Shown: positions 50,814 to 60,617, counted from the first letter of the stretch. The stretch: 64,000 nt of DNA from Candidatus Brocadiia bacterium (GCA_046538485.1 JBKHIT010000009.1:1-64000), one strand, 5' to 3'. Made by a program: numbers and translations. Notes: generated by a model from the sequence alone, not told the origin.

Positions 50814-51482
50814 GTGGTGAGTGCCAAGAAAAAAAAGGAAATAGCCGAAGAAATCGCCGAATACGCCATTGACAAGTACGGAGATCCCACAAGGCGAAAG
50901 GTGCGGCCACCGCTGGACCAGCTTATCCAAAGCGCTCTGTGGCGTTACACAAGTGTTCGCCGTGGAACCAGGGCTCTCAGACAATTGAAACGAACTTTTG
51001 TGGACTGGAACGAAGTGAGAGTTAGCCCTCCCGTGGAAATTGCCTCGGCTATGGCCACAACCGATTGGGCAACAACTGCAGCGGAGCATATAAAGAAAAT
51101 TCTGGAAAGCCTTTTCGACCTAAGAAACGTGGTGTCTCTGGGCTTTCTTGATGAGTTGACAACGGCCCAGGCGAGAACGTTCCTGCGCAGTTTGCAGGAA
51201 GTCCCGCGGGATCTTGCCGACGAAGTGTTGCTGTTCAGCATCGATGCTAAAACTTTTCCCATCAATATTCATACCGCCCGGATGGCTTACCGCTTGGGTT
51301 TGGTTAAAAATCCTCGGGCTACTCAAACCAATCAAAGAAGCCTTATGAAACTCTGGGACAAAGACGATTATGTGGCAGTAGACCAATTGTTCGTTGATAA
51401 TGCACGTGAGATTTGTTCTGAAAGCGAACCACGTCATAAAAAATGCCCGGTGGAGTCGATTTGCCCGAAAAAGGGACTTTGA
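50814..51482 (+). CDS. Endonuclease III (HhH-GPD) homolog with degenerate catalytic motifs
   Basis: PLDQLIQSAL, FVDWNEVR, FPINIH..R...RLG, C-terminal CSESEPRHKKCPVESIC. Confidence 0.75.
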   Translation: MVSAKKKKEIAEEIAEYAIDKYGDPTRRKVRPPLDQLIQSALWRYTSVRRGTRALRQLKRTFVDWNEVRVSPPVEIASAMATTDWATTAAEHIKKILESLFDLRNVVSLGFLDELTTAQARTFLRSLQEVPRDLADEVLLFSIDAKTFPINIHTARMAYRLGLVKNPRATQTNQRSLMKLWDKDDYVAVDQLFVDNAREICSESEPRHKKCPVESICPKKGL

Positions 51483-51534
51483 ACCGTAAACGAACTTTCA
51501 AAAACTTTCCGATGTTGCTCCAGGAGCATTACGA

Positions 51535-52407
51535 ATGAAGAAACTCAATTTAGGTATCCCCAAAGGAAGTCTGCAGTCTTCAACGATCGAGATGATGCAG
51601 AAAGCAGGCTACCAGGTTGAAGTGCGTCATCGATCCTATTTTCCCGCCATTGATGACGACGAACTTAATGTGCGTCTGTTTCGCCCTCAGGCTATGTCTC
51701 GCTTCGTCGAAAAAGGTGTTATTGACGCCGGACTGACCGGTGCGGACTGGATTGCTGAAAATGAGAGCGATGTCCACGAGGTCGCAAAATTGGTATATGC
51801 CAAACAACAGCTTGTCCCCGTTCGATGGGTCGTGGCGGTGGCGGAGGGTAGCGATATCGAATCCGTGGAGGACCTTGAAGATAAGCGTATAAGCACCGAG
51901 CTGGTCAATGTGACCCAAAAATTCCTGGATGAACGGGGAATCAACGCAACGATTGAATTCAGCCACGGGGCGACAGAAACAAAAGTTCCGGACCTGGTCG
52001 ATGCTATTGTGGAATTAACTGAAACGGGGCGAAGCCTCCGGGAAGCCAATCTGCGCGTGGTGGAAACAGTGATGGAGAGCACTACGTGCCTGATAGCGTG
52101 TGAAGAATCATGGCGGGATGAATGGAAACGGAACAAGATTGAGAGTCTTGGCATGTTATTCAAAGGTGCTATGGTGGGGCAAAATAAGGTGGGGCTAAAG
52201 ATGAACGTCGAAAAGGAAGCGCTCCAGAGGGTGTTGGACGTGCTACCAGCTTTGCGTAAACCGACTGTCAGTCCCCTGAGCGAAGAGTCGGGTTATGCCG
52301 TGGAGACGGTGCTGGAAGAGAAGATCGCTCGAGATCTTATCCCCGATCTAAAACGGGCCGGCGCCCAGGGTATAATCGAATACGCTTTGAACAAAGTCGT
52401 TTTATAG
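51535..52407 (+). CDS. hisG: ATP phosphoribosyltransferase (long form)
   Basis: LGIPKGSL, DAGLTGADW, GATE and VELTETG motifs; C-terminal regulatory domain. Confidence 0.97.
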   Translation: MKKLNLGIPKGSLQSSTIEMMQKAGYQVEVRHRSYFPAIDDDELNVRLFRPQAMSRFVEKGVIDAGLTGADWIAENESDVHEVAKLVYAKQQLVPVRWVVAVAEGSDIESVEDLEDKRISTELVNVTQKFLDERGINATIEFSHGATETKVPDLVDAIVELTETGRSLREANLRVVETVMESTTCLIACEESWRDEWKRNKIESLGMLFKGAMVGQNKVGLKMNVEKEALQRVLDVLPALRKPTVSPLSEESGYAVETVLEEKIARDLIPDLKRAGAQGIIEYALNKVVL

Positions 52408-52433
52408 AGCCTGAAGCACTCGGCAAAACAACA

Positions 52434-53768
52434 TTAGAGTTTTTCGGGGTTCTCAAGCAGATCTCGGAAAGTCGCGTAAAACTCTGCCGCTTGTGCACCA
52501 TCCACAACACGGTGATCTGCACTGATAGTAACTTTCATCAGGGGTTCTATGCGGATAGCGCCGTCTTCTGCGATGACTTCTTCAGCTATTTTCCCGACGC
52601 CGATGATGCAGCTCTCGGGAGGATTGATAATAGGGATAAAATAATCTACCCCGTATGTTCCCAAATTGCTGATAGTCAGGCTGCCCCCTTCGTACTGATC
52701 TGGTCGAAGCTTTCCTTCACGGGCCGTAGCTGCAAGCGACTTGAGGTCGGAAGATATTTCCTTCAAATTGCGCCGGTCGGCATTGTGAATGACCGGCACA
52801 AAAAGACCATCCTCGACGGCGACTGCAACTCCGACGTTGGCCTTTGAGTTGAGAAGAATAGAATCACCATCGAAACGAGCATTAACGCGGGGATGGTCTT
52901 TCATTGCCAGTCCCGCTGCTTTCACCAGCAAATCCGTAAACGTTATATGCACGTCAGCGGACATATTGAGTTCCTGGCGATACTCCGCAGCCGCCCGCAT
53001 GTTGATCTGTCCGACGAGATAAAAATGCGGCACGGACTGTTTGGACTCTGCCATGCGCTGAGCAATGGTCTGGCGCATTGCCGGCAATTCCACCCGGTTG
53101 CTACCGGAAACCGTCCCCGTGGCCGCACCCTCCTCTGCAGCGCGCTGAACATCTTCACGGGTAATTCGCGTCGCCCCTTCGGCCGGTTCAAGCCCTCGGA
53201 GATCGACCCCCTGTCGAATAGCCACTTCCCTGGCTGTTGGGGTGTAATTTATCTGGGATAGCTCATCGAGGTACGTTTCAATGTCTCTTTCAATAATCCG
53301 ACCTTGAGGGCCCGATCCGCTCAGAGTGTTAACCGGTATTTGGTTTTCTTCCGCCAGTTTTCTGGCGCGGGGCGATATAAAAACGCGTGCGGCAGCGTCT
53401 GAACCCGGAGATATCCCAGAGGAAACCGTCTCTTGCTGAGCCGTTGCTTGATCTTCGGTACTTTCTGCCACCTCGACAGATTCTTTCGTCTCTTCACGTA
53501 GAGCACTCAGGTCCTCCGGAAGTTCATCGTCTTCCTCACCGATGATTGCCACCAGCTCATTTACGGGGACGGTTTTGCCTTCTTCAACGAGTATTTTTTT
53601 AAGCAAGCCGTCGGCAAAAGATTCGACCTCAAGAGTTGCTTTATCCGTGGTAAGTTCGAAAAGAACTTCCCCTTTTTTAACTTTATCACCTTCTTTTTTG
53701 TGCCATTTCTCTATCGTTCCTTCTTCCATTGTCTGGCCGAGTTGTGGCAGCAGGACTTCTTGAAGCAT
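52434..53768 (-). CDS. Dihydrolipoamide acyltransferase (E2) with one lipoyl and two PSBD domains
   Basis: TTDKATLE lipoyl site, ISPRARKLA and YTPTAREVA PSBDs, TISNLG, ADHRVVDG. Confidence 0.95.
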   Translation of the reverse strand: MLQEVLLPQLGQTMEEGTIEKWHKKEGDKVKKGEVLFELTTDKATLEVESFADGLLKKILVEEGKTVPVNELVAIIGEEDDELPEDLSALREETKESVEVAESTEDQATAQQETVSSGISPGSDAAARVFISPRARKLAEENQIPVNTLSGSGPQGRIIERDIETYLDELSQINYTPTAREVAIRQGVDLRGLEPAEGATRITREDVQRAAEEGAATGTVSGSNRVELPAMRQTIAQRMAESKQSVPHFYLVGQINMRAAAEYRQELNMSADVHITFTDLLVKAAGLAMKDHPRVNARFDGDSILLNSKANVGVAVAVEDGLFVPVIHNADRRNLKEISSDLKSLAATAREGKLRPDQYEGGSLTISNLGTYGVDYFIPIINPPESCIIGVGKIAEEVIAEDGAIRIEPLMKVTISADHRVVDGAQAAEFYATFRDLLENPEKL

Positions 53769-54178
53769 TTCCTTATCTCCAGATGTTATGGGCAGGTTAA
53801 GGACTTGGGGAAAGAACAATTTTAATTTCCAGGCTTGAATCGTGCAAGCACCAAGCGGCTGGCCCGGATCTTTCAAGCGTCCTCAGTGCTGCAGATGCGC
53901 GGAAGCCAGAGGCGGGTGTATTCTCATGCCCCAGCTGCAGCCTGACAAAGCAGAGAGGCAGAACGGTGTTCCATAAAGATTCTACCCTGATTGGGCAACA
54001 ATAGCTCCCAATTATCCGTAAAATCCGGGCTAAAAAAACGGCGCATAAATCTGATAACTTAAAATCAGTGATCAGCAACGAGGCGAACGCTACGTTGAGA
54101 AACGATTGGCTTTAACTGCTTTTTCACAAGGAAGATACAGACATCTTGCTGCACAGTAACACTGGCCGGACACTGTGA

Positions 54179-54258
54179 CACTTCTTGTTTTCGTAAGTTC
54201 TTACTCCTAAACGGCATGCGCCGTTTTATATAGCCTGCATCCGTAAGATGCAGGCTAG
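54179..54258. repeat. Copy B of the 80-bp dispersed repeat, with hairpins
   Basis: AAACGGC-ATGC-GCCGTTT and TAGCCTGCATC-CGTAA-GATGCAGGCTA inverted repeats. Confidence 0.9.
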
Positions 54259-54528
54259 TGGCCCCTGACACTTGATTTTACCGGTTCAGTCGGGCGCTGG
54301 TAGTGCATATGCAAGGCGCAGTGAGAAGTTCGACCCAAACGGGTCCACGCCGAACTGCAACACCGCATATGGGCTGCCAGCGCACGACCCGTAGGGAGCA
54401 ATTCTGCCGGGCCATTTCTTCGTTGCGGCTTCGCAGGGACCCGGCTGGGTCACCTTTGGCGCCGCGCCTCGAGCTGACCTCGGCAGAACTGCTCTGAACC
54501 GGTAAAAGCAAGTGTCAGGGACCACTAG
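54255..54528. mobile_element. MITE with 35-bp terminal inverted repeats that include flanking CTAG
   Basis: Left CTAGTGGCCCCTGACACTTGATTTTACCGGTTCAG versus reverse complement of the right end CTAGTGGTCCCTGACACTTGCTTTTACCGGTTCAG (2 mismatches); no transposase inside. Confidence 0.88.
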
Positions 54529-55694
54529 ACGCCGGGGTGACTGGCGACTGTTTCGGCAAGGCTCTTGGATTCGGTGGGGCGATCAGAAAAAATAACGTCC
54601 CGCCGCATTGCGACGCTGGAAACAAGTCCAAACGCGGCAAAGGTGCTGATCATTGAAGATCCTCCGTAGCTCATCAGCGGGAGAGTCAGCCCGGTAATGG
54701 GGGCGAGGCGGAGAGAAATGGCGATGTGTAAAAGACACTGGAAACCAAAAACCGCCATGATGCCTCCTACCAGAAGCCGACCGAAAGTGTCAGGTGTTTG
54801 TGGTGCGATTCTGGCCAGCATGAGCAAAACCATCAGGTAGAAAACAACCACCGCACTCGTCTTCACAAATCCCCACTCTTCGGCGATGACCGGGAATATG
54901 AAATCGGTGTGGCGTTCTGGAACTCTTTTCAGTTGATTCAGAACGCCGCGACCCCAGCCCTGGCCCTCAAAACCTCCGCCAGCAACCGCAATGGTGGCCT
55001 GCCGGGCGTTGTACGATGCCGGGGAATGGGGACTGATGCGCGGATCGATAAAACTTATCACCCGTTGTTTTTGATAGTCTTTTAATGCTCCGGGAGTGAA
55101 CCACATTGTAGCGGCGAATAAAACCCCTCCCGTGATGAGAAAAACAAGGTTCCGTATGGGAACCAGGGCCAGAAATGCGACCGCCAGGAAAGTCGGAAGG
55201 AAGAGCAGTGATGTCCCGAGATCGGGTTGGCCGACAATCAGTATCATGGGGGCGAATGTGAGAGCCAACGGAATGATAAGGTCACGGAAGCGGCTCAATC
55301 GGTCAGTGTAGGTAAAGTAAGTGGCCAGAACAATGACTACTAAGTATTTCATTGCCTCCGACGGCTGAATGCTGATAGGGCCGATGCTGTACCATCGGCA
55401 TGCGTGATTGCGTTCAACCCCCAGAAGGGGGAGCAGGGCAAGCGCAATCAGTCCGGCCGCATACAGGATAGGACAGAGGCTGGGTAAATGCCGGTAGTCG
55501 ATTAAGGAAAGAGAGAAGAAAACAAATACGCCCAAGCAAAGAAAAATAAGATGCTTCTGGGCGAAAGCGGCGGAAGCTGCGCTTCGGACAAACAACGCCC
55601 CAAGAAGAGCCAATAAGATAGCCGAGAGAAGCAAAACCCACGGGACCTTTTTAATCTCGAAAGGTCCTGTAATATCTCTTAATATCTTCAGCAT
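54525..55694 (-). CDS. rodA: SEDS-family peptidoglycan glycosyltransferase (RodA/FtsW)
   Basis: IQPSE..K, QPDLGT, PERHTDFIF..IAEEWG and GLTLPLMSYGGSS motifs. Confidence 0.9.
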   Translation of the reverse strand: MLKILRDITGPFEIKKVPWVLLLSAILLALLGALFVRSAASAAFAQKHLIFLCLGVFVFFSLSLIDYRHLPSLCPILYAAGLIALALLPLLGVERNHACRWYSIGPISIQPSEAMKYLVVIVLATYFTYTDRLSRFRDLIIPLALTFAPMILIVGQPDLGTSLLFLPTFLAVAFLALVPIRNLVFLITGGVLFAATMWFTPGALKDYQKQRVISFIDPRISPHSPASYNARQATIAVAGGGFEGQGWGRGVLNQLKRVPERHTDFIFPVIAEEWGFVKTSAVVVFYLMVLLMLARIAPQTPDTFGRLLVGGIMAVFGFQCLLHIAISLRLAPITGLTLPLMSYGGSSMISTFAAFGLVSSVAMRRDVIFSDRPTESKSLAETVASHPGV

Positions 55695-55707
55695 TTATAC
55701 CGTTCGT

Positions 55708-56919
55708 TCAGATCTTGATATTATGTAAACTTGCCCCATCGGCAGGCCGGCAGAAACTGATCTCGGCCTTGCCTTCCATATCAGGATGAGCCGAGAGATA
55801 ACGTTTAAGAATATCAGGGCCGAGTCCGTCCACAGGATGTTGCTTCAGCAGTCCGATGCTGCAACCCCTGAACCCGGCGCCGCTGAAGCGTGCACCGATG
55901 ACCCCTTCGGAGTCGCAAAGGACCTCATAGGCCGTCCGCAGATATCGATTGCCACACTCATAGTTTTTCACCGAACTGCGTCCTGATTCGGTAATGATCC
56001 GGCCGAAATCTTCCAGATCTCCCCCTTCCCACAATTCAACACCGCGTCGGACGCGCTGTTGTTCCGAAAAAAAGTGCGTCGCCCGCCGCCTCAGAGGTTC
56101 AGGCAGAATTCCCCGATAATTCAGGAAGATTTCTCGTGGCACACGGCGCAATTTCGGGCTGTGCTTGGATGCCATCCCCGCTTTTTGGAGAAGGATTCGA
56201 GCGGCCTCTTCACATTCTTCGACGCGTCGGTTGTAATCGGTGTTTGAAAGCTGACTTTCCAGACCACTGTAAAGAATCCCAACCCAAATATCACATTCGA
56301 TTCCACATGAGTGAAGCGTAACTTCGTTTGTCTGACAATCCAGATGCATCAGTTTGTCCTTCTTACTCATGAGAATAGACGATTGATCAAGCAATCCGTT
56401 GTTGAGTCCGATAAAATCATTTTCGATTCGTCGATCGAGTTCAATATTTTGCCTTCGGGTTACATCGAGGCCATTGACTGTTTCCAGAGCCAGCAGATAA
56501 GCTACCCCAACTGCTGCCGAAGAGCTGAGCCCTCCGACATGTTCATAACCATCAACGAGCCCAAGGAACCCGTTTTGAATTTTATATTCCTGGCGCAAAG
56601 CAAAAATTGCTCCCCGCAGATAATCTCCCCAATTCCCCTCTGGCTCAGGGACTTCATCATCCAATGCAAACTCAATCGTGCCGGGGAAATTGGTGCTTTC
56701 TACGCGGACTTCAGCCTTTTGGGTGGGGGCAAAGGCCAATAGAAGGGCTTTTTCCAGTGCCATCCCTGTGACCTCACCGAGCTGATGATCTATATGGGCA
56801 CCAATCGGACAGATGCGGTATGGACTTCGCACGATTCGGACCGCGCTTTTATCGACGCTGAATCTTTCATGAAGGGACTCGACCAGCTGCCGGATTCTCT
56901 CTATGTCTGTTTCAGGCAC
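55708..56919 (-). CDS. GHMP sugar kinase, galacturonokinase-like
   Basis: SPYRICPIGAHIDHQ, GLSSSAA, NGLLDQ, NYECG and GARFSGAGFRGC motifs. GTG start at 56919 inferred from a promoter-like TTGACT...TACCGT upstream. Confidence 0.85.
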   Translation of the reverse strand: MPETDIERIRQLVESLHERFSVDKSAVRIVRSPYRICPIGAHIDHQLGEVTGMALEKALLLAFAPTQKAEVRVESTNFPGTIEFALDDEVPEPEGNWGDYLRGAIFALRQEYKIQNGFLGLVDGYEHVGGLSSSAAVGVAYLLALETVNGLDVTRRQNIELDRRIENDFIGLNNGLLDQSSILMSKKDKLMHLDCQTNEVTLHSCGIECDIWVGILYSGLESQLSNTDYNRRVEECEEAARILLQKAGMASKHSPKLRRVPREIFLNYRGILPEPLRRRATHFFSEQQRVRRGVELWEGGDLEDFGRIITESGRSSVKNYECGNRYLRTAYEVLCDSEGVIGARFSGAGFRGCSIGLLKQHPVDGLGPDILKRYLSAHPDMEGKAEISFCRPADGASLHNIKI

Positions 56920-57109
56920 GGAAGCTACCTTGGACAAAAAATTTAATGAATCACGCTTTTTACGGTAATCCGCAAGCAACGGCAAAGTCAAGCCGGACCG
57001 TAAAGTCGGGTCACCATTTAGCGGCGGCAAAACTGTTTTGACCGGCGCCGGTGCGTGACGATATAATAAGGAAGCCTAAGAGGTTTCTCTCAGATGCGAT
57101 GTGACTGAT

Positions 57110-57664
57110 ATGGGTACCGAAAAAGTTGTTTGCCCCAGCTGCGGTCAAGAAGTAGACCCTGAGGAAGGTGTATGTCCAAACTGCGGGGTAAACGTCCGCA
57201 GCGGTGAGACTTTCAAGACCCGGATGAAACGGGCGAGGGGCCGCAAAACCGAGCATACGGAGATAATGCGTAACCTTGGTTTCGCTATTGTCCTGGCCTT
57301 TGGCCTGATCATTCTTGCTGGTTTTATGTACCACAGGCGCGTGTTGAAGGTCATGAGTAAGAGACAGAATCGAAGAATGTTCAGTTATTACACGCGGAAA
57401 ATGGATTGGTTGCGAGGGTTGGTAAAAGCGGGGAAGGTCGCGCAGGCACGACGCGAGGGGAAGGCACTGGTGAAGGAACTTCAGCAAGACGCGGACGCTA
57501 TCGAAATAGAGCTGGCGCCGTCCACAGAGCAGAAAGAGCAAGAAAGGGAACCCAAATCGCATCGAGAAGCTAAAAAGGCCCTTCTAAAAAATATGAGCGA
57601 GAAAGTAGAACACTTACTTTCAAACTTGCCAGAAACAGGCAACAATTCTGCCGGAAGCCGATAA
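57110..57664 (+). CDS. Zinc-ribbon membrane protein
   Basis: CPSCG...CPNCG, one TM helix, helical C-terminus. Confidence 0.8.
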   Translation: MGTEKVVCPSCGQEVDPEEGVCPNCGVNVRSGETFKTRMKRARGRKTEHTEIMRNLGFAIVLAFGLIILAGFMYHRRVLKVMSKRQNRRMFSYYTRKMDWLRGLVKAGKVAQARREGKALVKELQQDADAIEIELAPSTEQKEQEREPKSHREAKKALLKNMSEKVEHLLSNLPETGNNSAGSR

Positions 57665-57680
57665 GGAGAAAGTAACTGAT

Positions 57681-58016
57681 ATGGCTGAAGACGTGTTAGA
57701 AGTGACGGACGATAATTTTGAGGAGACTGTTCTTGGTTCAGATCAACCGGTTATCGTGGATTTCTGGGCTCCATGGTGCGGACCATGCCAAATGGTAACC
57801 CCGCTGTTGGAAGAGCTCAGTGAGGAATACTCCGATTCGGTAAGCGTTTGCAAGCTGAACGTGGATGATGCACCGGACATCGCTGCGCAATATGGGATCA
57901 CATCGATACCTTCTGTCCTGTTTTTTAAGGATGGCGAAGAGTTAACGAACAGCAGGTTGATCGGGGCACGTCCCAAGGATAGCTACGAGAAAGTGGTGAA
58001 GGATATGGTCAAGTAG
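57681..58016 (+). CDS. trxA: Thioredoxin
   Basis: DFWAPWCGPC. Confidence 0.97.
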   Translation: MAEDVLEVTDDNFEETVLGSDQPVIVDFWAPWCGPCQMVTPLLEELSEEYSDSVSVCKLNVDDAPDIAAQYGITSIPSVLFFKDGEELTNSRLIGARPKDSYEKVVKDMVK

Positions 58017-58054
58017 GCCGTTTTTAGAACCCGCGTAAGTGAGCATTGCCCACT

Positions 58055-58083
58055 AAAAAAGCCCCATTAACGGGGCTTTTTTT
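58055..58083. terminator. Bidirectional intrinsic terminator between trxA and rplQ
   Basis: AAAAAA-GCCCC-ATTAAC-GGGGC-TTTTTTT. Confidence 0.88.
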
Positions 58084-58116
58084 AGGCGCTATAGTGCCGA
58101 TCTCACGAGCGCGGAC

Positions 58117-58890
58117 CTAATGTTCTTCTGCCTCTTCTGGCCCGTCCTGTTCGTCAGCGGAATCTTCCGGCGGAGTTTCGGTCTCCGTCTCTCCATCTGT
58201 TTCCATCCCACTCTCAGCTTCTGTTTCGGCTGAGGGTTGAGTTTCCTCTTCCTCTTCGCCAGCATTACTCTCTGGCGGCTCTTCCTCTTCAACGGCAGCG
58301 ACTTTTGCGTCTTCTTCTTCGGACAAGCTGATTTCAGGCTCGACTTCTTCTTCCTCAGGTGAAGGTTTTTCTTTTTCTACGAGTTCGAATATTACCTGTT
58401 CAGCGTTATCGCCAAGGCGGTTGCCGGTCAGTTTCAATGTTCGAGTTTTACCGTTGATTGTGTAAGTAAAGACGGGGATTTCGCCGATTGTTTGACCGAC
58501 CGGTACTCCGAGTCGGCTGCCCTGCAAACGGATGATACGAGTTTGACCACTTGGCCTATCGGCGTATCGCTCGGCAAGCGATTCACTTTCTACCCATGGT
58601 CCTTCGCCGAAGAGTTTTTGGACCATTTTTTTATCCTGCAGTTTTTTCAAGGCTTGCCGATAATAATGAAGGTATTTTCCACGATCGTCGGGGTCACCGG
58701 TATCTTTGTATGGTTGGGCTTTCCGGGCAAGCGTGATCAGCCGTTCCACAAAAGGTTGGGCTTCTTTCGCTTTAGCGGGAGTTGTCACAATCCGTTCGTG
58801 CTCAAGAAGGGCTTTGGCCAGATTCTGCCGCAAGGCCTTTCTGTGAGCGGGTGTTCTGTTGAGTTTGCGTCCTTTTTTTCCGTGTTTCAT
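58117..58890 (-). CDS. rplQ: 50S ribosomal protein L17 with insertions and acidic tail
   Basis: MKHGKKGRKLNRTPAHRKAL, TTPAKAKE and RLGDNA motifs. Confidence 0.95.
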   Translation of the reverse strand: MKHGKKGRKLNRTPAHRKALRQNLAKALLEHERIVTTPAKAKEAQPFVERLITLARKAQPYKDTGDPDDRGKYLHYYRQALKKLQDKKMVQKLFGEGPWVESESLAERYADRPSGQTRIIRLQGSRLGVPVGQTIGEIPVFTYTINGKTRTLKLTGNRLGDNAEQVIFELVEKEKPSPEEEEVEPEISLSEEEDAKVAAVEEEEPPESNAGEEEEETQPSAETEAESGMETDGETETETPPEDSADEQDGPEEAEEH

Positions 58891-58931
58891 CGTCAGTCCG
58901 ATGCCCGTGACTAATGAGAGTATGAATGGTG

Positions 58932-59933
58932 TTATTCTTCGGGAGCGAGCAGCCCGATTTCTAAACCTTCTTTTTCAAGCTGTTCATGCAATTCATCAAG
59001 TGTGACCTGTCCGAAATTTCTGATATTTAGAAGTTCATTTTTTGTTTTTTCCAGGAGTTCGCCGACTGTTTTGATCCCTTCGCCTTCGAGGCAATTCAGC
59101 GCACGAGCGTTGAGATCAAGGGCTTTGAGAGGCATGGAGAGAGTGGACTCTGTGACCTGGGGTTGTTCACTTTCTTCGACGGGAGCGAGGGGGTGAGGTT
59201 CTTCTTGTGGAAGCAGTTGGCCGATCTCAAAGTATTGAACGAAGGGATTCAGGTATTTCCGGAGTATTTTGGAACCTTCCACCAGGGCCATTTCAGGCCC
59301 CACAGAGCCGTCCGTCCAAATTTGGATGGTGAGGCAGTCGTAATTGGTCCGCTGACCGACTCGCGTATTAGCGACATCATAGGCCACACGCTGGACGGGA
59401 CTGAAAAGGGCATCGATAGGGATCGTGCCGATGGTTTCTGGGAGGTTTTCATGTTCCTCTGCTGGAACGTAGCCTCTGCCCTTTCGGATTGTCAGTTCAG
59501 CTGAGAACTTTACGTCATCGGTCAGGGTGGCGATCAACTGGTCAGGGTTAGCGGCTTCCAGGTCCGCGGTGTCCTCTATATCACCGGCAGTCACCGGGCC
59601 TTCGCCTTCTTTTTCCACTTTGACGGTGCGCTCTTCGTCAGGATGGAGAGTCAGCACCAATTCTTTGATATTCAAGATGATTTCAGCGACATCTTCTCGA
59701 ACACCTTCCATTGCAGTAAATTCCTGCTGGACACCATCTATTCGAACGGCCACCACGGCTGCACCTTCAAGGGATGACAGCAAGACACGCCGCAGGCTGT
59801 TGCCAATGGTGTGGCCGAAACCACGTTCAAATGGTTCAACAACAAATTCACCGTACGTGTCCGAAAGGCTTTCCTCATTTGTTTCTACCTGGACGGGGAG
59901 TTCAAGCCCGCGCCATCTCACTCGTACCGGCAT
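58932..59933 (-). CDS. rpoA: RNA polymerase alpha subunit
   Basis: EPFERGFGHTIGNSLRRVLLSSLEG, RVGQRTNYD and RNFG motifs. Confidence 0.99.
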   Translation of the reverse strand: MPVRVRWRGLELPVQVETNEESLSDTYGEFVVEPFERGFGHTIGNSLRRVLLSSLEGAAVVAVRIDGVQQEFTAMEGVREDVAEIILNIKELVLTLHPDEERTVKVEKEGEGPVTAGDIEDTADLEAANPDQLIATLTDDVKFSAELTIRKGRGYVPAEEHENLPETIGTIPIDALFSPVQRVAYDVANTRVGQRTNYDCLTIQIWTDGSVGPEMALVEGSKILRKYLNPFVQYFEIGQLLPQEEPHPLAPVEESEQPQVTESTLSMPLKALDLNARALNCLEGEGIKTVGELLEKTKNELLNIRNFGQVTLDELHEQLEKEGLEIGLLAPEE

Positions 59934-59993
59934 CTATGTGCCTCCAAATATTTTTGCGAAAATGTTTTCCGTACCTGTGGTCGCTCCGATGGA

Positions 59994-60617
59994 TTAACGA
60001 GAACAGAATTCCACCACAAGGCCTTCGTCGATTTCGACACTAATATCTTCACGCACGGGAAGTCGAGCAATACGGACTGTCAGGTCCGAATCGTTGATTT
60101 CCAGCCATGCAGGTTCTGGGTGGCCCAGCTCCTCACGATTCTGTCGAATCATATCGAGTATATTATCCTCTGGTTTCGGGCGGATAACATCACCCTTTTT
60201 CACGAGCGCACTGGGGACATCAGTTTTTGTACCGTTGAGATCGACATGACCATGTCGCACCAGCTGCCGGGCCTGAGCTCGAGATGCTGCAAATCCGGCC
60301 ACTTTCACCACGTTATCAAGGCGCTGTTCAAGAAGCGACAGAACATTTTCTCCGGTGTTGCCTTTTTGTTTATTGGCGTGCTCAAAGAAGCGTCGGAACT
60401 GTCGTTCGTAGAGGCCGTAAAAACGTTTGAGTTTTTGTTTCTCCCGTAAACGGATTGCGTACGGAGAGGGTCTCCCGCGCTGCCATCCATGCATTCCAGG
60501 AGGACGGCTGCGTTTTTCAATCGGGCACTTTGCGCTGTAGCACCGGGCACCCTTCAAAAACAGTTTGGCGCCCTCGCGTCTGCAGCGTTTACATTTTGGA
60601 CCAGTGTCTCTTGCCAT
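59994..60617 (-). CDS. rpsD: 30S ribosomal protein S4
   Basis: MARDTGPKCKRCRREG, LREKQK and RLDNVV motifs. Confidence 0.98.
   Translation of the reverse strand: MARDTGPKCKRCRREGAKLFLKGARCYSAKCPIEKRSRPPGMHGWQRGRPSPYAIRLREKQKLKRFYGLYERQFRRFFEHANKQKGNTGENVLSLLEQRLDNVVKVAGFAASRAQARQLVRHGHVDLNGTKTDVPSALVKKGDVIRPKPEDNILDMIRQNREELGHPEPAWLEINDSDLTVRIARLPVREDISVEIDEGLVVEFCSR

Noticed and set aside
54278..54525. Short ORFs inside the MITE
   Set aside because: No transposase or other motifs and no SD; likely chance frames.
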